DNA of 64,000 nucleotides from a bacterium (GTDB lineage Bacteria; Cyanobacteriota; Vampirovibrionia; Gastranaerophilales; Gastranaerophilaceae): NCBI GenBank assembly GCA_017626055.1, contig JAGAJM010000023.1, positions 17,571 to 81,570 of the forward strand, read 5' to 3'. Shown piece by piece: positions 57,300 to 64,000 of this stretch (position 1 is its first letter; each line of letters starts with the position of its first letter). The notes under the pieces were generated by a model. It saw only the letters and a program-made list of their open reading frames with translations, ran no database searches and was not told where the DNA came from. The position numbers and the translations under genes were made by a program.

Positions 57300-58600
57300 A
57301 AATTACCCATTAATGCCTTAATTAGTGGTGCAAACATATCTTGTCCAGGTTTACTAAAATATTTAGCGAACTCTGTTGTAAATTCTCTATTATTAGCACA
57401 AGCAGATTTGATTAAGGTTTTGATAAATCTAAACTGCTTATCCAAGTTCCACGTTGGGAATTCATAAAAAACCATATCTCTAACTACACGTTTTGGCTTT
57501 CTATCTCCCATCCTTTTTAACGCCGCTAACTGCGACAAATTAACAGATACAAATGGCCTTTCTGGCAAGCTCAAGTAACTTTTTGTACCTTTTAAGATTT
57601 CCCCTTCCCTAATTGCTTCGAGGGTAAAGCCAACATTTTTAATATTTTCTCTAGAAGGATTATAAACTCTAACAATATCATCATTCATTTTTGGGAATTG
57701 AGGACAATATTCCACCCAATAAGGATTTGCCTTTACATAATCATCCATATATGTTGCAATTCCATCATCATAATACTTATTCAAAACGGCTTGTTGTCTT
57801 TCGTCAACAGAACTTCTAAGCTCATAAGTTAGTTTTTGACGATATCTCTTTGCGGCATCTTTATCATCAATAGCTTTAGTTAGCCTTTCAATTTGTTCAC
57901 GTGTATAAACTTGAGGGAAAGCAGCCTCATCATGGTTATAACTCAACAATCTTTGATCTGTATTTGCCCACAATTTTCCTCTAAATTCATTCACTACATC
58001 AATATCATCAGAAGAATACCCAGTACCTCTCAAAATTACATAAGCCTTATCCAAATCACTACCTGGGAAAGCCTTTCCACGACCAACAGAACAAACTCCA
58101 TCATATCCTGCAACAAGAACATTATATTTACTATTAGCTAATTCTCGCTCAGATTGTTCCACTGCATTAACAAAAGTTCGCTTTATACGTCTAGATACTT
58201 CATGCAAATTTGGAAAACCTGTTAACTCTTGATAATGTCTGATAAATTGACGCTTATCAGAAGAATAATCTAATCTATCCAAAAATGCTAAATTATTTTC
58301 ACGAATTTTACTACAAGTAGAATATTCAAAGCTATCATTACCAATATCTAAATAATTACCTTTTTTAAGCTGAGAGAATAAAGTAATCGCCTCTGAACCC
58401 GAAATACTTCCATGGCGAGAAACTCCGAAATCAGTCGGATTTAGTTCCCAAGGTCTATTACCAAAAGTAATTTGTGACCTATTAGTATTTTTTGTTTGCG
58501 CTATATTATTATTTGTGAATCCAGCTTGAGTTATAATCCCTTGCGAAACCGAGTTTTTAGGCATACAAAAACTCGAATTTGTAATGCAACTAATTTTCAT
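57296..58600 (-). CDS. Pol-beta-superfamily nucleotidyltransferase-like protein (GlnD/GlnE/DUF294 flavour), leader-bearing
   Basis: 434 aa; SVGRGKAFPGSDLDKAYVIL fits G-[SG]-x9-13-D-x-D; leader MKISCITNSSFCMPKNS…QITFGN; SD AAAGGGG. Confidence 0.6.
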   Translation of the reverse strand: MKISCITNSSFCMPKNSVSQGIITQAGFTNNNIAQTKNTNRSQITFGNRPWELNPTDFGVSRHGSISGSEAITLFSQLKKGNYLDIGNDSFEYSTCSKIRENNLAFLDRLDYSSDKRQFIRHYQELTGFPNLHEVSRRIKRTFVNAVEQSERELANSKYNVLVAGYDGVCSVGRGKAFPGSDLDKAYVILRGTGYSSDDIDVVNEFRGKLWANTDQRLLSYNHDEAAFPQVYTREQIERLTKAIDDKDAAKRYRQKLTYELRSSVDERQQAVLNKYYDDGIATYMDDYVKANPYWVEYCPQFPKMNDDIVRVYNPSRENIKNVGFTLEAIREGEILKGTKSYLSLPERPFVSVNLSQLAALKRMGDRKPKRVVRDMVFYEFPTWNLDKQFRFIKTLIKSACANNREFTTEFAKYFSKPGQDMFAPLIKALMGNL

Positions 58601-58621
58601 ATAAACCCCTTTGACACGATT

Positions 58622-58650
58622 AATATAAAATAGAATACATTAGTTGTCAA
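58622..58650 (-). promoter_or_regulatory. Promoter for the NTase-PHP pair (TTGACA-N17-TATATT)
   Basis: Minus-strand reading of 58650-58622. Confidence 0.4.
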
Positions 58651-58655
58651 GGAAA

Positions 58656-60569
58656 CTAACCCTTTAGCAATAAAATTTCTTCATCTGATAATCCATATAA
58701 TTTACAAATTTTCAAATCTAAGATATTACATTTTTCTTGATAGTTTTCGTCATCAGCGTGAATAATTTCATCTACTAAAACTTCAATTTCAAATTGAATT
58801 TTATGTTCTACAATAGGTATTGGAATCTGTTCAATATGTGAACGCAAAACCTTAATCGAATTAAATTGCTTTGCAAAGAAAAATTGGGCAACACTTGAAT
58901 TTAAAACTGCCATAATATACTTAATAGAAAGCCCTTTAAGACGAGGAATTAAAATATTGCAACTATTCAAAGATAAAATTTGCTTATCATCATAGGCAAA
59001 AACTAATTTATTCGAAATGAATTTGTAAAACAATTTCTCATCCGCTCTGTATAAATCAATCGAAGCAACTTGTTGAAAGGATTTCGGTTCAAAAATAATG
59101 TAATTATCAGATAATTTATATCGATACTTTTCAAGATGGGAACCTTTTAACACTAATTCATTATCTGAGGTTTTTTGATTTGAAATATACTTTGAATTAT
59201 CCCCAGTAACAATTCCCAAAGCAAAATCCGCATTATTTTTTAACGTAACAATGTTAGAAGATTTTAATATTTTATCAATTAAAGTATATTCTTTATCTTC
59301 AGTAAGAAAACTAAAACACTCATCCGTAACCTTACGTTCTATCTGAATGATAAAATCCTTTTCTTTTGTCTTTACTTGTAACCCCTTTGTTGAAAAAGGC
59401 TCTAAGTTATGTATAATTTGCAAAATTATACTAGGACATTGAACGCCATCAAAAACATCCCCTAAATACTCAATATATTTAATAGAATTTTCACTCATCA
59501 TATATTGACGAATTGGTTTATGGGCTTTTACATTCAAAAATGCTTCTGGTAAAACAAATGCCAAAATTCCATCTCTGTTCAACTCTCCTAAAGCTTGTTC
59601 AACTACGACATCATACGACTCAACATTTGCACCAACAGCTGATTTATATTTTTTTCGCAAGTCTTGTCTTTTATCCGCTGAAAAAGCAACACCCCAAGGC
59701 GGATTACCAATAATATAGTCATATTTATTACTTGATTTACTATCCAAATAATCACATTGAAAAATATTTTTATAAATCAAAGATTTATCTAGGACTTTGA
59801 AACGCTTTGAATAATTAATTCTAGAAATCAATACACTCATTAAATCAATATCACTTGCATAAACATTTTCTGCCATAAAAGATTCAGGCAACTGTAAAAT
59901 AAAATTCCCAGTACCACAACAAGGATCTAAAACAGATTTATTTTTACAATCTACATTATCAAAAACACTAGCTATCAGCTTTTTTACAATAGATGTTGGA
60001 GTGTAATATGCACCTTTTGATTTTCTATCCCCCAAATTTTTAAGCGAAATATATAACAAACCCAAAATATCTTCATTTGGTTCATCAATTAGTTTCACAT
60101 CTAATAAATCAAAATATTTATCAATAAAATCTGATGAATACCCAAAATTATTGATAACATCTTGAATTAAAAAATCCCCATCAGAACAAACTATTTGGCG
60201 AGCAAAATTAACAATTATCGTCGAAATAATTTCATCAGTTAACTCAATATTCAAATTTTTTATGGTTTGGATAAAATTTTGTACAAGTTCAATATTCTTA
60301 GAATTTTCAGATATATATGAAGAATACAAATCATTTCCAGATACATATTTTTTATTTCTTCGACTTTTCAGAGAGGAATTTTCACCGACAACAATACTTC
60401 TTTTTAAATCTGACAGATATTCACGAGTAAAATAGGGAATATTATCAATCACTGAATACACATCTATTTTACCTAATTTAATCCAATTTCGACCCGTAGC
60501 AATAGATATAGAAAGTTGCTCACACAACTCATTCAAAGAAACCAAATTTCTATCGCCAACAACTACCAT
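58656..60569 (-). CDS. N6-adenine DNA methyltransferase (gamma class, Eco57I/TaqI-like) with N-terminal HTH
   Basis: 637 aa; motif I LDPCCGTGNF, motif IV IIGNPPWG; N-terminal LNELCEQLSISIATGRNWIKLGKI (MerR/excisionase-like HTH). No nuclease motif seen. Confidence 0.85.
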   Translation of the reverse strand: MVVVGDRNLVSLNELCEQLSISIATGRNWIKLGKIDVYSVIDNIPYFTREYLSDLKRSIVVGENSSLKSRRNKKYVSGNDLYSSYISENSKNIELVQNFIQTIKNLNIELTDEIISTIIVNFARQIVCSDGDFLIQDVINNFGYSSDFIDKYFDLLDVKLIDEPNEDILGLLYISLKNLGDRKSKGAYYTPTSIVKKLIASVFDNVDCKNKSVLDPCCGTGNFILQLPESFMAENVYASDIDLMSVLISRINYSKRFKVLDKSLIYKNIFQCDYLDSKSSNKYDYIIGNPPWGVAFSADKRQDLRKKYKSAVGANVESYDVVVEQALGELNRDGILAFVLPEAFLNVKAHKPIRQYMMSENSIKYIEYLGDVFDGVQCPSIILQIIHNLEPFSTKGLQVKTKEKDFIIQIERKVTDECFSFLTEDKEYTLIDKILKSSNIVTLKNNADFALGIVTGDNSKYISNQKTSDNELVLKGSHLEKYRYKLSDNYIIFEPKSFQQVASIDLYRADEKLFYKFISNKLVFAYDDKQILSLNSCNILIPRLKGLSIKYIMAVLNSSVAQFFFAKQFNSIKVLRSHIEQIPIPIVEHKIQFEIEVLVDEIIHADDENYQEKCNILDLKICKLYGLSDEEILLLKG

Positions 60570-60593
60570 AAAATACCTTATTCCCTTATTCTG

Positions 60594-60622
60594 ATTATAT
60601 TAAGAGTGGATATCAAAGTCAA
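60594..60622 (-). promoter_or_regulatory. Consensus promoter for the methyltransferase (TTGACT-N17-TATAAT)
   Basis: -35 at 60622-60617, -10 at 60599-60594 on the minus strand. Confidence 0.55.
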
Positions 60623-60630
60623 TTAATAAC

Positions 60631-60663
60631 AAAAAAAAGAGATCCAAATGGACCTCTTTTTTT
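60631..60663 (-). terminator. Intrinsic terminator of rpmE (bidirectional shape)
   Basis: AGAGATCC-AAAT-GGACCTCT with one G-T pair, flanked by an A-run (60631-60637) and a T-run (60658-60663). Confidence 0.7.
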
Positions 60664-60681
60664 AAATCTATAAACAATCGA

Positions 60682-60885
60682 TTAGTCTTTTTTACCATAT
60701 CTTTTGTTGAATCTTTCAACTCTACCTTCAGAGTCTAAGATTTTTTGTTGACCAGTATAGAATGGGTGGCAGTTGTTACAAATTTCAACTGTTAAACCTT
60801 CAATTACTGAACCAGTTTCGATTTCGTTACCACAAACACATTTGATTGTAGTTTTTTTATAATCTGGATGAATTCCGCTTTTCAT
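60682..60885 (-). CDS. rpmE: 50S ribosomal protein L31
   Basis: MKSGIHPDY…[13 protein letters not shown]…VERFNKRYG. Confidence 0.95.
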   Translation of the reverse strand: MKSGIHPDYKKTTIKCVCGNEIETGSVIEGLTVEICNNCHPFYTGQQKILDSEGRVERFNKRYGKKD

Positions 60886-61024
60886 TTTCTACCTTCTTTC
60901 CTTCAAGATTCCAAACTTGAATATTATTTACATTCGACTATTATGATTTTATTATACTAAATCTCTAAAATCAAGTCTTTTTTAAATTTCTTAACTTCAA
61001 CGAATTTATATAGTTAAAAGCAAC

Positions 61025-61053
61025 TTGACTACACTCACAAATAATGGGATAAT
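61025..61053 (+). promoter_or_regulatory. Promoter-like TTGACT-N17-GATAAT ending 6 nt before the permease ATG
   Basis: Read directly. The geometry would put the TSS at or next to ATG 61060, giving a possible leaderless mRNA. Confidence 0.3.
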
Positions 61054-61059
61054 CGGGGT

Positions 61060-61932
61060 ATGTTTAAGTATTATGGAAAAACTGCACCATACTTATTTTT
61101 ACTACCTGCGGCATTAGTTTTGGTTGTATTCTTTTTTATTCCGTTTTTCCAAACTATATGGTTAAGTTTTCAAGATTACTCAACAAACATATACCATGCG
61201 ACATTTTCTGGACTAAAGAATTATATCGATATCTTACATAACCCTATATTTTATAAAGTTATGTGGAATACGATATTATACCTTGTTGTAGCAGTGCCTA
61301 TTTTAGCAATAATCCCACTATTTTTGGCTATCCTAATAAATCAAAAAATCAGAGGGATTACATTATACAAAATTTTAATTTACTTGCCTGTAATCGTTTC
61401 AATCGTTGTTGCAGCAATTGCCTTCAAATGGCTATACGCTGAACAAGGGATTTTAAATTATATCCTAAATGTACTAAATATAAATTCTATCGGCTGGTTA
61501 ACAGACCCAAAATATGCGATATATTCAGTAATTATCGTAACAATCTGGAAAGGTATTGGGTATTATATGATGATTTACCTTGCCGCATTGATGAGCGTAC
61601 CAAAAGAATTGTATGAAGCCTGTGATATTGATGGAGCTGGATTTTTAAGAAAACATCTGACAGTAACTATTCCTCATATTATGCCGACAATCGCACTTGT
61701 TACTACAATAAGCTCAATTTCAGCGATGAAAATCTTTGCTGAAATATATGTTATGACAAAAGGTGGACCTCTTAATTCTACAAAAACAATCGTTTATTAT
61801 ATTTATGAAAAAGCATTCGAAAACCTTGATCTAGGTTATGCTTCAGCTATGGCAGTAATCTTACTTGTTATAGTTATGATATTCTCACTTGTAAACATTT
61901 GTTGTTTTGAAAGGGGGAAATATCAAATATGA
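61060..61932 (+). CDS. Carbohydrate ABC transporter permease (MalF/UgpA type)
   Basis: 290 aa, 6 TM, EAA loop YEACDIDGAGFLRKHLTVTIP. Confidence 0.85.
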   Translation: MFKYYGKTAPYLFLLPAALVLVVFFFIPFFQTIWLSFQDYSTNIYHATFSGLKNYIDILHNPIFYKVMWNTILYLVVAVPILAIIPLFLAILINQKIRGITLYKILIYLPVIVSIVVAAIAFKWLYAEQGILNYILNVLNINSIGWLTDPKYAIYSVIIVTIWKGIGYYMMIYLAALMSVPKELYEACDIDGAGFLRKHLTVTIPHIMPTIALVTTISSISAMKIFAEIYVMTKGGPLNSTKTIVYYIYEKAFENLDLGYASAMAVILLVIVMIFSLVNICCFERGKYQI

Positions 61933-62768
61933 TGAAGTTTAAAAACATATGGATACACGCAACACTAATTTTTGTATCACTACTTTCAATTTTCCCATTT
62001 ATTTGGTTATTATCAACATCTTTAAAAGGTAGTGGTGAAAATATTTTTGCATATCCACCTACAATAATTCCTCAAGATTTTACTTTTGCAAATTATGTTG
62101 GAGTATGGCATAAAGTCAATTTAATGAGATATTTCATAAACAGTATGATTGTTGCTGGCGGAACTGTTCTATTAAATTTAATACTATCATCACTTGCAGG
62201 TTATCCTTTAGCCAGAATGGAATTTAAAGGTAAGAAAATCGCATTTTTCTCAATCCTTGCGACAATTATGGTACCATTCCAAGCTATAATGCTACCCGTT
62301 TATCTAATTACCCTAAAACTTCATCTTGTTGATAGCGTAAATGACACAATGGGATTTATTGGTCTAATTATGCCATTTGCAGTAAGTGCGTTTGGAATAT
62401 TTCTAATGCGACAAGCATTCCTAGCTATCCCAAGAGAAATGGAAGAAGCTGCCATTGTAGATGGTTGCAATGTTTTCCAAGTATTTTGGAAAGTTCTTTT
62501 ACCGATGGTAAAACCATCATTAGCGGTTCTTGCAATATTTACTTTTATTGGCTCATGGGGAGAATTCTTATGGCCAAGTATCGTACTTACTAAAGAAGCG
62601 ATGTACACTTTACCAGTTGGCGTAAACAACTTGCAAGGGATGTTTTCTTCTAACTGGAGATTTATTGCCGCAGGTTCAATTATTTCAATTATCCCTATTA
62701 TAATCTTTTTCCTTGCGATGCAAAAATACTTCATCTCAGGCGAAAATGAAGGTGCAGTCAAAGGCTAA
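61929..62768 (+). CDS. Carbohydrate ABC transporter permease (MalG/UgpE type)
   Basis: 279 aa, EAA loop EEAAIVDGCNVFQVFWKVLLP; 4-nt overlap with the upstream permease. Confidence 0.85.
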   Translation: MMKFKNIWIHATLIFVSLLSIFPFIWLLSTSLKGSGENIFAYPPTIIPQDFTFANYVGVWHKVNLMRYFINSMIVAGGTVLLNLILSSLAGYPLARMEFKGKKIAFFSILATIMVPFQAIMLPVYLITLKLHLVDSVNDTMGFIGLIMPFAVSAFGIFLMRQAFLAIPREMEEAAIVDGCNVFQVFWKVLLPMVKPSLAVLAIFTFIGSWGEFLWPSIVLTKEAMYTLPVGVNNLQGMFSSNWRFIAAGSIISIIPIIIFFLAMQKYFISGENEGAVKG

Positions 62769-62775
62769 GGTTAGA

Positions 62776-64000
62776 TTAAGCAACTTCTGAATTATTTCGA
62801 TACATTTTGGAAACATCAAGTTTAACTTTACGCCTTGATTGAACGAAAATTGTTTTTGCAAAATCTGTGATGTATTTTGGATTAACATTTAACTTGTCAA
62901 AAGTACCATCACGATATAACTCAATAAGCCTATCCACATACATTTGACAATATTTTGGGGTATCAGGACGACGCTCAAGTTGTTCCACAAAATCAATACT
63001 CTTCCTTGCGGAGTTTTCTCTAGTTGTAGCTCCTCCAAAGTTTGCCATTATATCTTGTCCACCACAAGAGCGTGGAAGTAAATGTTCAATTGATGCCAAT
63101 GATGGCCATATTAAACGATAACCTATTTTTTCAGATGGTTCAGTTGCAATTTTCATTATATATGCAGCTAAAAAAGTTTGAGAAGTTGGTAGTTTTTGAA
63201 CAATATCAATAACTTTATCTTGAATATCTGCATCTGGATAACTTTCAATTATCCTAACCGCATCATAAATAAATGATTTTCTTGTAAATGGTACAATAAT
63301 TTCTTCTTTATTTAATTTAGATTTTGAAATTTCAATTAACTCTTTTAATTGTTCATGATTACGTAAAATAGATTTTTTTAAAATATATTCTAAAAATCTT
63401 ATAACTTTCTTTTGATTTCCAATAGTTTTATCATTTGTCACATTAGAAAGATGCTTAGACTCTTTGATGAGTTTATTCATTACTTTTTTAGCTTTTAAAT
63501 TTTGCCCATTTGCAATATCGTCTTTGATTTTGCACAACTTATACTTAAACTCATAAGAAGAAAACGGTATTAAAACAGGGCGTTCATTCAATTTATTCTC
63601 AGCATCTTGCACTAACAATTCAAATCTTTGTTGATAATCTTTAGGCAAATTCTTCGCTACCTCTAACAATTCATGAAAAATAGGAGTCTGAGCTTTTCGC
63701 AAAATTCTACTATAAATAGGCTTAACTTCTGTTAGAATTTCCTTTAAATTTTTTCTTGGATTAATTTTTGAACGTTCATAAAGAATCTTAAAAGCCTCAG
63801 CTTCCATAGTTCCAGCTTGAAAACTATCAGCATATGGAGATAGAATTTCAAAAACTTCAGGGGCTGGACGACTAAAAACTTTATTTTTCATCCATCGACT
63901 CAAAAGTTTTGGTTCTATCATAGGGATACCTGAATACATACATGGTAAACGATATGCAAAAAGCATCCTTAATTTTGAAGAATTTTGTATAGGCGCAAGT
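62776..64000 (-). CDS. Hypothetical protein with C-terminal HNH-like nuclease motif; N-terminus outside the window
   Basis: The track starts at Met 63966, but the frame stays open to nt 64000. SIEHLLPRSCGGQDIMANFGGATTRENSARKS fits H-x-x-P-x-S-x-GG…N…N-x-x-K. Confidence 0.6.
   Translation of the reverse strand, partial: LAPIQNSSKLRMLFAYRLPCMYSGIPMIEPKLLSRWMKNKVFSRPAPEVFEILSPYADSFQAGTMEAEAFKILYERSKINPRKNLKEILTEVKPIYSRILRKAQTPIFHELLEVAKNLPKDYQQRFELLVQDAENKLNERPVLIPFSSYEFKYKLCKIKDDIANGQNLKAKKVMNKLIKESKHLSNVTNDKTIGNQKKVIRFLEYILKKSILRNHEQLKELIEISKSKLNKEEIIVPFTRKSFIYDAVRIIESYPDADIQDKVIDIVQKLPTSQTFLAAYIMKIATEPSEKIGYRLIWPSLASIEHLLPRSCGGQDIMANFGGATTRENSARKSIDFVEQLERRPDTPKYCQMYVDRLIELYRDGTFDKLNVNPKYITDFAKTIFVQSRRKVKLDVSKMYRNNSEVA

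Overview
64 kb of low-GC bacterial chromosome: about 52 protein-coding genes and 2 tRNAs. I found no rRNA, CRISPR array, integrase or transposase. Two edge-truncated genes are missing from the ORF track: pflB (1-1886, minus) and an HNH-motif protein (62776-64000, minus). Recognisable housekeeping genes are pflB, aroA, clpB, dut, alaS, sstT, nadE, dnaE, rpmE, a CaCA antiporter, a Zn-ADH, sugar ABC permeases and GT2 glycosyltransferases. They are interleaved with many lineage-specific hypothetical proteins. A Ycf46-type AAA+ ATPase, a TamB/AsmA-like giant protein, fermentative genes and the low GC suggest a non-photosynthetic cyanobacterial relative (Melainabacteria/Vampirovibrionia-like); this is only a guess. 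The most interesting signals are: (1) a tightly coupled 5-gene operon (7776-12538) combining a ComEA-like HhH membrane protein, an NrdG-like radical SAM activase, a Ycf46-type AAA+, an internally duplicated 421-aa protein and a DUF2997-like mini-protein. (2) A recurrent non-Sec N-terminal leader (M-K/R-I..I ... h-x-F-x-G) on at least 7 unrelated proteins, several with enzyme motifs. (3) A duplicated promoter / C,U-rich G-free RNA / terminator cassette with an 81-nt identical core (22720-22874 and 23404-23557). (4) An 11-bp iteron array plus phased T-tracts in a convergent, gene-free 560-bp spacer (4851-5357). (5) A tRNA-Gly followed by a decayed tRNA-Gly copy and a nucleotidyltransferase + PHP + orphan N6A-methyltransferase cluster. 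All functional calls come from reading motifs by eye, with no database search.
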